Source: Octopus vulgaris (lineage: Eukaryota). Taken from it: a DNA stretch of 64,000 nucleotides. A model generated the notes under the pieces. It was not told the DNA's origin. It was given only the letters and a program-made list of their open reading frames with translations, and made no database searches. This document shows, piece after piece, positions 1 to 12,987 of the stretch (position 1 is its first letter; each line of letters opens with the position of its first letter). The stretch is taken from NCBI GenBank assembly GCA_951406725.2, contig OX597833.1, positions 24,552,001-24,616,000 of the forward strand, read 5' to 3'. Made by a program: the position numbers and the translations under genes.

Positions 1-947
1 TTGAGAACTTATTACGAACGCGAAGCATTTTATTTTTCTTTATAAATGAACCACACACACACACACATACACACAACTACACACTCACACACACATATTA
101 TATGTAAATGTTTGTATATGCATATGTGTAGTTATGTATTTACATTTATAGGTGTATCATATATATACATACGCACACGTATACATACGTATGTATATAT
201 GTATGTATTTATCTATGTATGTGTGTATGCATATACCAAAATGGCTGATGGAATAAGGTTTTGAGAAAGACATGAGGAAATCATGATAACTTTCCGTTGT
301 ACATTGGAAGCATTGCTCCAAATTCTTATGAATTATGGTTTGTGGGCATTTATAGAAGCTTGGTGCAGGAACATCATAACAACAGCTCATGACGCTGATG
401 TCGTGCGCAGTTTTATGTCATCAGTGTCATGAACTGTTATTATAATGCGATTTTTTTTTTGGTTTTGACTGACTAAGACTATACGTGAGGCATTCACCAA
501 ACATGGGCAGACATATTCCATAACGCTTTGGACTTTTGAGTTCGTGTCAGTGACTCTTTTTTCCGCGTCCATCTTGCTATTGGTATCTTGTAATCAATCC
601 TCCAAGCCTCAATACAACTTTGTCACAGGATGTAGACATATGTTCAATCCAAGACAGCCAACTGATCTATTTCAAACTGCATTTTACAGGCAGGTGGGGT
701 TCTAAAGCTTAATTTCGAAGAATGACAGGTTTCTTTATATTGAGAAAACCATTGCTTTGTGCACTGACGCCCCAAATATGACGTTCAAGTCATTTTCCAA
801 TGCTTTCAGCTAGACAAAGAACCAATTTAATATAACTCCTATCGCTTCACTTTTCTCAGTTATCGTTACCATTACAAAAATCGCAAATTCATCTGTATTC
901 AGGTACAATTAATTTTGGCAGTCATTGACCAAGAAATCTAATCAAAG

Positions 948-1055
948 GTGCAGGTGTGGTTGTATAATAAGAAGCTTTCTTCCCAACCACATGGTTCTAG
1001 GTTCAGTCCCACTGCGTGACACTTTGTCTACTATAGCTTCAGACCGTACAAAGCT
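948..1055 (+). mobile_element. tRNA-derived SINE family A, 5' fragment
   Basis: Head AGGTGCAGGTGTGG...CCAACCACATGGTTCTAGGTTCAGTCCC (A/B-box-like); matches copies at 8.8, 12.4, 18.2, 50.5 and 51.1 kb. Confidence 0.8.
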
Positions 1056-1187
1056 TCCTTAATTTTTGATGCACATGACGCGCTCAGCATCTCTTCCTCT
1101 GGCACGCCACCACACAGACACGTGTGTGTGTGTGTACAATTTATGCCTGTATATATGCACATACATATATACATACATATATATATA

Positions 1188-1300
1188 ATCACCGTGACCG
1201 ACCAGGCTATCAGTTGTTGCTACACATCACTGGTCACAATGCGCTTCGAATTGTTTAAGCCTTCAAATGACGCCACCCCGGTGGCTAAGCGAGCTGGCCA
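1188..1300 (-). mobile_element. 3' tail fragment of SINE family D
   Basis: Reverse complement of the tail at ~54330-54445 (GCTCGCTTAGCCA..GGGGTGGCGTCA...GGTCACGGTGAT). Confidence 0.75.
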
Positions 1301-1317
1301 ATATATATATGTAGTAG

Positions 1318-1652
1318 TGACCCCCTTCGGTCAGACACTGACCATGGGTTTGCACCTAGAGAGTTACTCTCTGAGGCACAAGTCTGGGCAAGGTTGTTTC
1401 ATGGAAGACCAGCAGTCGCCCATGCATACCGGCCTCCCCTCTCCACGTCACCGATGTTGTCCAAGGGAAAGGCAAGGGCCGATACAGCTTGGCATCTGTG
1501 ACGTCGCAACTCATTTCTACAGCTGGGTGAACTGGAGCAACGTGAAATAAAGTGTCTTGCTCAAGAACACAACACGCAGCCCGGTCCGGGATTCGAGCTC
1601 ACAACCTCACGATCGTAAGCTCGACGCTCTAACCACTGAGCCACGCGCCTTC
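1318..1652 (-). mobile_element. tRNA-derived SINE family C, apparently full length
   Basis: Minus-strand head GGCGCGTGGCTCAGTGGTTAGAGCG...GAGCTCGAATCCC (A and B boxes), then a CORE-like TTGAGCAAGACACTT segment and a non-tRNA tail. Confidence 0.8.
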
Positions 1653-1899
1653 ACATATATATGTACAATGTATGTGTATATATATATATATATATATAAA
1701 TCGGGTAAATGCCCTTTAGAAGACGAAAAAAGGTTATTTACCCGATTCTTTAAGCTGTCCTCAAGCCTCCTTGCATTCGTGAACTCCATTATTTTCTGTA
1801 GATTACCGGCACTTTAAGTTTGTATTTTGCTTACTATTAATACATACATACATACATACAAAAATTTTTACCGCAACCACGCAGCAGAATACAGAGACA

Positions 1900-3530
1900 T
1901 GAGAGGAGGAGTAGTGAACAACACGGGAGTTCCTTCACAAGAAGACATAGACTCCTTCTGGAGGAAAATCTGAAGTAAAGAGAAGGAATTTAACTAAGAC
2001 GCTCTGTGGCTGGAAGAAATCCGAAAAAGTTATTGTTCCTGTATTACATCCAAGACATACAACATTGATGGTAAAACACTTGCAACTGTGAAACAGGAAC
2101 TCCAGGATGGAAAAGCACCTGAAAGAGACTTGATTGTTGGATATTGGTACAAGACATTGATGGTAAAACACTTGCAACTGTGAAACAGGAACTCCAGGAG
2201 GCACCTGAAAGAGACTTGATTGTTGGATATTGGTACAAGAAGGTAACTTTCTACCGACCATATCTTATCAATCTGTACCAACAAGCTTTTATTGGGAATA
2301 GTAGCATACCACAGTGTTTAGCTCCAGCAGAGACAAAATTGAACCCCAAATGCCAAAACTACCGGCCAATTGCATGCCAGAACTTAACATATGAAATATA
2401 TACAGCATGTTTAAACCTCTTCCTCCAAGACCATTGTGAAACCAATAACATTATCACAATAGAACAAGCAGCTGGGAAGAAGGGAGTCTGGGGATGTGCC
2501 GAGCAATTGTTTATCAAAAAAATTGTGATGTCAGAGATGCAAGAGCATAGGAGGAACCTAGTTTCAATGTGGCTGGACTACAAGAAAGCCTTTGATTCTG
2601 TTCCCCACTCATGGATGCTAGAAGCCCTTCAACTTGCTAAAGTTCCAGTGAAAATAGTCAAAGCCATAGCTGACCTGACATCATCGTGGGCCACCATCTT
2701 GAAAGTAAACACAAAGAGTGACTGTATTATTACTGATAGAATACAGTATCGCAAAGGCATATTCCAAGGAGAGAGCCTCTCTGTGAAGTTGTTTATACTT
2801 TCCGTAAATCCCTTGTAATTTATGTTAAGGAAGTCTGAAGGATATCTCACTGGTTCACAAGGAAACAGAAATACCAAAATTACACTGTTTCTTTGTGGAC
2901 GACTTAAAACTTTATGCAAAGAATATGCATGAGATGAAAAAAGAGCCTTGACCTAGTTACAACATTCTCAAGGGATATATGATTGATAAATGTAGGATAA
3001 ATGTTGTTATATGGTTGTGAAAAGGAGGAAAACTATAAACCAGACTAGTAACATCATTAATGATTTGACTGTTTCCCCTGTATCCGACGAAGAATATTAC
3101 AGGTATCTAGGTGTGTATGAAAATACATGATTATGATTGACACCTGTAACAAAACACCTGTCACTAAAGATTATTACAGCCGAATAAAGAAAATTTGGAC
3201 CTCCGAAAGCTCTGCATTCAATAAAACAGTGGCCCACAATGTGTTTGCAGTGTCAGTACTCATACCAACATTTGGGCTGCTTGATTGAACACTTGATGAG
3301 CTCCGAGCCATTGATGTGACAACCCGAAAAATACTAACAAGCACACATAATTTCCACATAAGGAGTAATGTAGACTGCCTCTACCTAAAACGAAGACAAG
3401 GAGGATGAGGCTTAACATCGATCCAAAACACCTTTGAATGTCGCTGCATATCCATTGGGCAACATCTATTAACCACCAAGTGTCGAAGAGCATCCCTTGA
3501 CCAAGTTTGCATAGATGAGCTACCAAATAT
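1900..3530 (+). pseudogene. R4/Dong-like non-LTR retrotransposon reverse transcriptase, decayed
   Basis: ORF 2144-2818 has YRPIAC, EQAAGKKG, WLDYKKAFDSVPHSW and GIFQGESLS; frameshifted continuation contains FVDDLKLYA and YRYLG; stops and frameshifts throughout. Confidence 0.85.
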
Positions 3531-3659
3531 ATTTGCTTAATCCGGTCGAACTAATCTTATTTCTGAAAGTGTGTAGGTGCGCGGCTAATCTCCGCTTCAT
3601 TTCATTTCGAGTAGTCCCTATATATATATATATCGCCCCTAGTGGGTAATAAAGAAATC

Positions 3660-3729
<70 letters not shown>

Positions 3730-3732
<3 letters not shown>

Positions 3733-5080
3733 TACTAAACTGTGTTGTGACTGTGCACTGGTAAATTAGATTTTTTTCTTTCACAAGTGTTATTAACGGC
3801 GCAATTATTTATATTTCTGCTGTCACATAGGTTGTGTTGTGTGGGATAATTACTTACAACTGGATTGGTGTATATAGATGGGTTATTAAGAGATATATTT
3901 TGATTAATATGATTATTATAGTTGTTGGTATTATCATTACTATGTTTGGGGTGGTTATTGAGGTTGTTATTTTTATTATTGATGTTGTTATTATTGTTAC
4001 TTCTATCTAATTAGAAAGTATATAGTTTTATTTTTATTATTTAGAGAAGAAATGATGGTAGCTAAGTTATATGTCTGACTATAACCTATCTTTATTGTTT
4101 TACTATTAATAATTTCCGAGTACCTGCTATTCTTATCAAAATGTCTGTTTATAGTTTAAAAAACAGATTTATCTAAATTAGCTTTAATTTTTATAGTATA
4201 TGGGACTATAAGCCAATTACTATCTTTTGTTTTTCCAATATTCCTACCATACGACCCAATTTTATTGCTGTTCGAGTGATAAATGCTATGTTTATGCTTA
4301 TTTGTTCTTATGATCTTGTTACCTATGTTATGCACGTTAGTTCCCCAACTGGCGGTGCTACTATTAGGTTTCTGCTCATATTTTATTTTGTTGCTGTTGA
4401 CGTTATGATTAGTGTTATGGTTAGTATCATTTATACTACACTTCATTCTCATCGTTATATCATTATTTTTATTGTTATCATTATTGTTTTTATAATTGCA
4501 CTTGCAATTTCCATTCTTGTTAGTGTTGGAGACTATAGGCTTCTGTACTTTATTGCTTAATTTAGGTAAATTTCTATGATCCTTATTATTGCTATTGATG
4601 TTATCAATATTATTACTAATCATTATCTTATTATATGGAATATATTTAATTTTACTTTTGTATCCTGCATTTTTTAGTGTCCTGTATTGTTTTTTTATGT
4701 TTATTGAATAAATCCTCTTTAGAAAAGGATAAGAAATTCTTTTACTAATGCTTTATATAAGAGCCCTTTTTATCCATTGTGGATGATAACTAAGAGAGTG
4801 TATATATTTTAAGTCAGAGTTTGGTTTCATGTAAAGTTCATGTAGTCCCGTATTTTAAATTACAGCTAACGGCTAAGTAGTTTGAATAGTTTCATTCACT
4901 ATAGTGATAGAAAGGCCAAATCTATTGAAAAATTTATACAAATGTTTCTAGGCGTCTGTTTGAGGTATTTCTAATTATAAGAAGTACATCGTCATTATAG
5001 AGTTCCCATCCAAATTCTGGGAATTACATTGTTAAACATAGACGGTTATTTTAACTTCTAACTCAACTAACCTTCTTTAT
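3730..5080 (-). mobile_element. Penelope-like element relic (RT C-half and Cys linker preceding GIY-YIG)
   Basis: Manual minus-strand translation gives LYNDDVLLIIRNTS (~4990, YRDD-type), FNRFGLSITI, LKYIHSLSYHPQWIK (~4780), NWLIVPY..IKANL (~4200) and CDSRNINNCAVNNTC..LIYQCTV (~3750-3830), in the order seen in PLEs. Confidence 0.8.
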
Positions 5081-5256
5081 ATATATATATATATATATTT
5101 GTTTGTATACACACATTACTTATTTCATATACTGGACATTGGCGTTGCTGCTGAAGCACACACGCCACGCACAAACACACTCTCACACCATTATGTTTAC
5201 TTACACAACTACATATATACACAGAACACATGTATACATATATATATGCGTGAGTG

Positions 5257-5375
<119 letters not shown>

Positions 5376-6389
5376 CTAACTAGCTAACTAGATATAAACA
5401 GATGCATGTGTGTTTGTGTGTTTGTTCGTGTGTGTGTGTATGTGTGTGTCTGCCTGTGAATGATGCAACGTAGGTGGTAAATACTCGTCAAAATTCCTCA
5501 CTATACAAATACACATATACGCCCACACGCACACACTCGCACACACACACGAGCACGCACACACACACACATACACACACACACACACATACACACAAAC
5601 ACCCCCACACACAGAGAATAACAAATACATATAAAGTGTGTGTGCTTGCGTAGAAAGAAAGCAGTTTGATTAGTTGTTTGGTTTATATTAACGTCCTGTC
5701 TAAAGTTATGGTATTTTTCGGTAAAAATCTCTCGCCTCTCTCAACAGATTTTATATTTTTCTTATGTTTAAAACGAATATCTATCTCAACAAAAATTATT
5801 TCTTTCAAGTTAACATTCCACTCCAGACATAATATACTGAGAATGTGAAAGACTAGATATTTACAAGACTTTAAAGCTTAACATCATCATCATTATTATT
5901 TTTTTGTTTTCATTAACGCAGTTTTGTTTTATTTTTCAGTTCTATCGTATTAAGAAGAGTCTAAGCAATGTGTTTGCTGTGTCTGACCGTGTTATTTCCT
6001 CTATGTGCACATATGTAACTTCTAGGATTTTGGTTATTTTAGCAACTACCAGGGGGTTCTGAGATGTTATAGCCGATGATGAGCAGATAGTACCGAGGCA
6101 ACACCTAAATATGTTCGCATGATGGTCAATATGTGTGGTCGATGTTACTTAGTCACGTATTTGACCAAGCTGAATTTATGGGTCTAGCGTAGAAAAAGTT
6201 TGCGGGGCTTGCGAACTGAAATGACATTAAATGATCGGAGTCTTGTATCAGCTGAGCGATGCGACTGGAGGAACGTTAAAAACTGCACTTGTACAACGTT
6301 TATGGTCTAACTGGGTGACTGAGTGAGTTGCGATAAAGATCAGCCGGGCGACTTTCACATCAGCGACTATAAACACATACCAAGTATCC

Positions 6390-6660
6390 TTGGACTGGTA
6401 GTGCAACCAACCGGGCGTGTCAGAGATGAGTGAGAAGAAATGAAAACGTTTGTATACTTTTTCAGTGTCCAAACATTGCTGAGTCATAGAGATCTCCGTA
6501 ACTTCTGTGCCATCTCATTTAAACGAGGTCATCGAAAAGATTTCATCGTAAATTTTCTATCAGGTGAAGCATGTTTTGACAATGAAGGGCAGGTTGATGG
6601 CTTCCTTAAGTGCCACTTGAAGAGAGTGCTACACGAAAGTGAGCTGGCTGAATGATGAAT
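6390..6660 (+). mobile_element. Old Tx1-like LINE ORF2 C-terminal (zf-RVT) relic
   Basis: ACQR*VRRNENVCILFQCPNI and FLKCHLKRVL resemble TCPRCEQDRETVLHAFMECP and FFSYHLSSKI of the 18.8-kb ORF2 end. Confidence 0.5.
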
Positions 6661-7229
6661 AAAAATGGCATGTTTAGTATGGATGGATTCTTTCACATTT
6701 TAGTTTGTGTGTACAACTTTAATAGCGAAAAGGCACTTGATTCAGTGTTGAAGATGACTTGGGGATTTATTGTGTCTCTTAATTTAGCGAGGTACCTAAC
6801 TCCCATTTTTAAAGATATATACACGAATACTTTTATGCGAGTATATGATTCCTTTACATTTAATTACTGTTTTTCATTGTTTTCTTATTTTACTCGTTAA
6901 AAGACGAAAAGACAAAATACAATTGCTTTGAAGCTCATCTTTGTAATGTCCCCCACTGATCGCCCCAGTAACAAATAAAAGTCTGAATTAGCAGAATTGT
7001 TAGAACAGGGGACAAAATACTTTGCTGTATTTGTTCTGGCTCTTCATGTACTTAGTACAAATGCCGCAGTTGTCAACATTGCTTTTCATCCCCCCACCAC
7101 CACCGGGGTCGAGGTATTAACTTGTAATGAAGTCGATAGTGTTGACTGATTCCCTTCGTCTAGAATCGTTGAACTTCTGCAGAGTGAGGGATTGGCTGAA
7201 TCATAATCATGTCGGACAAAATACTACGC

Positions 7230-8200
7230 AGTGTTAAGTTTTGCAATAGAATCGCAAATAACAGGAACATTTCATTTGGTGTCTGCGCGCATTATCGTCC
7301 TGTAGCTGCTCTCATTTCTTTGCCTGATTCCGGTTTGTGTAGTAAACATAACAGTTTAAGTACCTCCATAAATATATGTCTAGTGGGTTGACGTCCTTGA
7401 AACCGGAAGGTACTCTACTGAACATCCTCGTCCAATCCACTGTTAGGGAAAAGTCTTTATAGTAGAAAGTATGGTGGTAGCATCTTGCTGGAAATAAATC
7501 TCCACATCTTCAAAGTCCTATTTAATACTTTGCATGACAGATTGTTGCAGCAACGTCAAGTAAATGGAACCAGCCACAATACTGTCAAAAAGAATGGGTC
7601 ATTTAGTCTTGGGATGATAAGCTGCAACAGACAACAATTCCTGGAGAATTAATAAGATGTACTTACGTAATATACAAATTCTCATGCCCCTGAATTTTAA
7701 GTTGCGGAGGTTAACTGAACCATTTACCTCAAATGTAGATTCACCATTCTTAATAATTTTCGTTGGAAATTGTTCATTTTGTACACATCATGTCAAATAC
7801 CTTGCAGAAACGTTCATTTTTCGGGCCGAATTATCTTCATTAAGAACATGGGCTATTCTTAGAATGCAACTTAACCATTGACAGCGCTTCAAAATGTGAT
7901 AGACACTAGATTTTAAAATTCTCATCTTACGACTTGCTTGCTGCACAGATTTTCTTAAATATTGGTTATACGTTACTAGTAAACTTTTTTTCGTGGGTTT
8001 CCTTGATTTTCAAGATCTTCCGATGCTTTTCTTACGAATGTTCTTAACAGTTCCATCTATTTCAAATTTATATCTATTACGAGTGATGGCAAGTCGCGTA
8101 GGATTGTCGGTTTGAAACTCTCTCCTGAACTGTCTTTGCCATTTGACTGCAATTTTAAATTTCCAGTAGCATCTTAATAAAAGATTTCTAAGATAATTTT
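7230..8200 (-). mobile_element. Tc1/mariner transposase relic with DUF4817-type N-terminus
   Basis: Minus strand: LLRCYWKFK..QRQFRREFQTDNPTRLAITR..KFEIDGTV..GRS, YFQQDA, QWIGRG.., PLDIYLW..L..YVY. Confidence 0.8.
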
Positions 8201-8460
8201 GTCTGAATCCCTTATTAGGAATGGGCTAAATTTAAAGAAATGAAAATTGAGTTAACAGCTATTAGGGTGCGTATACACCATTTCGCACAGACGATATATA
8301 CATATGTGTGTGTGTGTGTGTGTGCACGTGTATGTGTGTGAGCGCGCGCGTTTGAGTGAGTGTGTGTGTCTGATAAATAGCACTTATATTGCCAGAAATA
8401 AAAGATAAAACAAGAAGCGAACAATATATATACACTGACAGAGGAGATGGCCACCCCATG

Positions 8461-8513
8461 AACACTGGACAAGACCAGCTTCGTCTACGAGCGGTAAACT
8501 CATCAGCAGTGCC
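8461..8513 (-). ncRNA. Type I minimal hammerhead ribozyme motif with one core substitution
   Basis: GGCACTG-CTGATGA-GTTTAC-cgctc-GTAGAC-GAAG-C-tggtctt-GTC-CAGTGTT: stems I and II pair, GTC cleavage triplet present, GAAA changed to GAAG. Confidence 0.75.
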
Positions 8514-8696
8514 TACTCTATTGCTAGGATGGTTTGGCTGAATCGATCTGTCAGTATATATATTACCATATAAATTTATGACTGATTTAGCGAAACTCTT
8601 ATGTGTGTACTAGAAATTTATATAAGCAGCTAAGCGCAATATGTATGCATGTATGTATGTATGTATGTATGTATGTATGTATGTATGTATGTATAA

Positions 8697-8750
<54 letters not shown>

Positions 8751-8789
8751 ATATATATATATATATATTTCTATGTATGTATATTCTTT

Positions 8790-9168
8790 TATTCTTTTAT
8801 TTGTTTCAGTCATTTGACTGCGGCCATGACGAAGCACTGCTTTGAAGGGTTTTAGTCGAACGATCGAGCCCAGGACTTATCTTTTAAGCCTAGTACTTAT
8901 TCTATCGGTCTCTTTTGCCGAACTGGTTGATAACGGGGACGTAAACACACCAGCAAAACACAAACAAACACAGACAGAGATACACACAGATATATATATA
9001 TGACGGGCGTCTTGCATCTTTCACTTTCCGTCTATCAAATCCACTCATAGAGATATGGTCAGCCCGAGGGTATAGTACAAGACTCTTCCTTAAGGTGCCA
9101 CGCAGTGGGGGTGAACCCGGAACCATGTAGTTGGGAGGGAAGCTGCTTACCACACATCCACGACTGCG

Positions 9169-9171
<3 letters not shown>
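8790..9171 (-). mobile_element. SINE family A, near full length
   Basis: tRNA-like head at 9100-9171, CORE-like GGCACCTTAAGGAAG segment, tail GCAGTCAAATGACTGAAACAA. Confidence 0.85.
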
Positions 9172-9201
<30 letters not shown>

Positions 9202-9264
9202 ATATTCACACACACACACAGACACATATATATATATATACATATATATATGTATGTGCGTATG

Positions 9265-9327
<63 letters not shown>

Positions 9328-9429
9328 ATATATATATATATATATTCTTCCCTTTCATTCTTTTACTTGCTTTAGTCATTCTTTTATATACGTAGACGTC
9401 AAACGATGAAAATGAGTGCTAAACACTGC

Positions 9430-10140
9430 ATTGGTGGATAGAACTTCTTTATCTGTCAATTAAGGCTATTGGTTTCAGAGAAATATCAAAATATTTTAAT
9501 ATCTTAACTAATTTTCAAGCCGGTCACATGGAGGAATGGTGCTCGTCGCAATTTTGAATAAACGGAAAGTCCCGTTGAATTCGTGAAGATTCTCGTAAAT
9601 ATTAATTCAAGGTGTGCTATATTTGGATGACATGAGTGATTATCTCCGCTATGTTTAACTTTTGGACAAACAGTCGTGTCAGATGGTAAATTTGTTTGCA
9701 TTATCTTCTTTTAATATAATCTGGGTGTATGTGTGTTGAGGTCATTCGTCATGGGAGCATATTTCTTCTGTGTGTGGAGTTCGTGTTTTTTATGTATCTT
9801 CAAATTTCGCGTTCAGGAATGAGGCTATGCTGGTGAGATTAGCGGCGCATGTTGTGGTTCCTCTTTGAAGTGTCTAAGAGAAAAATATTGCGTGTGTATG
9901 CAGGGAGATTTCATCCCTAATATTTATGATGTTATCTGCTGACTGATACAGTCATATTTAGTTTTTCAGTGATACAGAGTTCACATTTGGTACTCCATCC
10001 TCTGTATTTTTTGGTTTTAACAATGATGTTCCATTCTTTCTTTCAACATCCGTATCAATCTGGATAAGGATGTTGCGTATCTTTTTTCATTTTTGTCTCT
10101 GAATGACGCTATGTGTTGTGTATGCCTTTCCTTATTTATA
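9430..10140 (-). mobile_element. Penelope-like element 3' end (GIY-YIG C-terminus plus probable terminal repeat)
   Basis: KERHTQHIASFRDK..ATSLSRLI..LKE followed by TKCELCITEKL and IINIRDEI, typical of PLE endonuclease C-termini. Confidence 0.7.
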
Positions 10141-10429
10141 TTATTATATGACTGAAAGCCACACATCCTCTTCCAAGTAAGTTTTATTTCAATAATTCTG
10201 ATGCGCACTCTACACGATCTTTTTACATTTTCGTTTTTCTGTTTCTCGCTCTTATGCTTTTACCTCATCTACTCCCACTATTCTATCCTATTACTCTGTC
10301 ACTCTCTCTCCCTCACTCCTCCTCCCTTGCTCAAGTGGCTCCCACGTGACCATCGGCCATCTTTCTTTCTTCTCCTAATTCGTGTTTCTTTCTTTCTCTC
10401 CGTTGTAGCTGGAACAAGTAAGACGTGTG

Positions 10430-10770
10430 CTTGTCTGTCTCCTGTCCACGCTTGATTTACACGTTCGCCATATAACCTCGTTTAGGCTTAGCAGCCCTTC
10501 CTGTTTGTTTTCACTGTCCTGTTTGTGTAACCAATTTTGACCCTCCGCAAAATCCCAAATTTTATTTAATTTGCTTTGCGGGAGCAACTGTTTTATCGAA
10601 AGCGTATATTCTTTTTAAATGCTCGAAATACGAGAGTAGAAAAACAGCTGACAACTCATAAAGGGTCGTTCTTTATGTTGTTTGTCTTGTTTTCCATTTT
10701 TGTCTCGTACGTCAATGTACTCGTACTTCGTATTTTCCATTGTACACGTTTCATGACGTCCTGTGCCCAT
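10430..10770 (+). repeat. Unclassified interspersed repeat (second copy 63280-63605, opposite strand)
   Basis: Shared blocks AACCTCGTTTAGGCTTA, CCCTTCCTGTTTGTTTTCACTGTCCTGTTT and TTTATTTAATTTGCTTTGCGGGAGCAACTGTTTTA. Confidence 0.85.
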
Positions 10771-10773
10771 ATA

Positions 10774-10818
<45 letters not shown>

Positions 10819-10855
10819 GTACAGATGTAAGTATGTACATATACATATGCATATA

Positions 10856-10893
<38 letters not shown>

Positions 10894-10922
10894 TGAACGC
10901 CACGCATCCTCTTCCAAGTAAG

Positions 10923-11023
<101 letters not shown>

Positions 11024-11029
11024 TGTTTG

Positions 11030-11099
<70 letters not shown>

Positions 11100-11396
11100 T
11101 TGTGTGCGTGTGTGTGTGTGTGTGTGCGTGTGTATGTGTGTGTATATGTATATATATCTGTTCATACATAGAAATATATGTTATAACATACATATATATG
11201 TCTATTTCATACATTCATGCCTACAGAAATGCGCGCACACAACAATTACTATAGAAGAACTGGTTTTTCAACAATTGCTTACTCTGAGTTTCGCATTGCA
11301 ACTTTCAAAACAACATTTCACTTTGACTGACAATGCTGTTAATCTTTCTTTGAAAACCCAGATCTTCTACTGTTGCTAATTTTGTTGTTGTTGTTG

Positions 11397-11435
<39 letters not shown>

Positions 11436-11695
11436 GTGCGTTTGATGTTTGTCTGTGTTTATATGTGTATGCATATATGTACATATGAATATACACAAAG
11501 ACATGCACACACACAAACACACACATATATGTATGCGTGTGTGTGTTTGTGTGTGTCTTTGTGCTTTGACATTGTTTTAAACACATGTAATCAACATTGT
11601 TGCTGTTAAGATTCAGTTTTGGGGAGGAGAGAGGGAGAGAGAGAGGGAAAATAGAGGGAGAGAGAGAGAGAAGAAGTGGAAAAAGGAGAAAGAAG

Positions 11696-11744
<49 letters not shown>

Positions 11745-11883
11745 AGATAGACAGATATATATATATAGATAGATAGATAGATAGATAGATAGGAGGAGAG
11801 AGAGGGAGAGAGACTGAGAGAGAAAAAGATAGATAGACAGATAGATAGATATAGAGAGAGAGAGAGAGAGAGAGAAAATAGAG

Positions 11884-11920
<37 letters not shown>

Positions 11921-11921
11921 C

Positions 11922-11962
<41 letters not shown>

Positions 11963-12380
11963 GTCATTATATAAAGAACTAGTGTGAATAATAATAAGTT
12001 TCAGAGAGAGAAAAATGTCTTAAATAACGTTGCTGTGAAAAGTGGAAAATATATGTGGACATGTTTACATTTTGCAGAAAGAAAGAATGAAAATAGGAAA
12101 ATCCATCTCAAATAATTAAATAATAAAATAACTAAATAAAAGAATATATGCAAACCGAATTGGTGAGGTTACTATTGACGACGACGATAACGACGTTTTA
12201 CAAGATTTTTAATGTAAAAACGTGTGTTGAAACAGATGTATCGTGGGAAGGTCATGTTTACCAATCAGTGTGTGTGTGTGTGTGTGTGTGCCTTTCCTAT
12301 TGGTAAAATGATCCTTCGGAGATAAGTCAATTATAAAACCCAGAACACATATATGTGTGTATTATACAGTCCCCCATTGA

Positions 12381-12620
12381 CAGGTGTGGCTGTGTTGTAA
12401 GAAGTTTGTTTTCCAACCATATGGTTCCAGGTTCAGTCATATTGCGTGGCACCTTGGGTAAGTGTCTTCTACTATAACCGCGGCTGACCAAAGCCTTGTG
12501 AGTGGATTTGATAGATGGAAGCTGAAAGAAGTCCGTCGTATATATGTATGTGTAGTCATGTGTATGTGTCTTAGTTTGTCCTCCTCCGCCATCACTTGAG
12601 AACAACATTGGTTGTCAAGC
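12381..12620 (+). mobile_element. SINE family A, 5' half
   Basis: GTGTGGCTGTGTTGTAAG...GGTTCAGTC...GGCACCTTGGGTAAGTGTCTTC. Confidence 0.85.
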
Positions 12621-12859
12621 GGGGACAAACACAGATAGAGAGACATAAAGACACGTAGATACGTTCGCGCGACAGCACAGATACACACACACACGCGCGC
12701 GCGCGCGCGCGCGCACACGCATACTACAGATCCTCTTCCAGGATCCCGGAAAGGAGATATGTTACGTCATTAGCCAGCCATACATGACGGCTGAAGGACC
12801 AAGTACAAGTCCATACCTCGCAGAATTCAAGCTGCAACTACTGCCAAAAGGTGGTCCTG

Positions 12860-12919
12860 CATCATATTAAAATAAACTTGTTTGAAATTTTAAGGTGTTT
12901 CCATTATTTTGTCCAACAC

Positions 12920-12922
<3 letters not shown>
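12860..12922 (+). mobile_element. Right end/TIR of the Tc1-like family at 57.4 kb
   Basis: GGTGTTTCCATTATTTTGTCCAAC..CTG-TA, inverse of GTTGGACAAAATAATGG at ~57405. Confidence 0.7.

Positions 12923-12987
<65 letters not shown>

Noticed and set aside
240-900. Unique-looking stretch with short minus-strand ORFs
   Set aside because: No recognisable motif or splice structure; probably an old TE fragment but unsupported
3730-5080. Possible NUMT (very AT-rich, hydrophobic plus-strand ORF 4276-4560)
   Set aside because: No mitochondrial gene motif recognised; the minus strand gives ordered Penelope motifs
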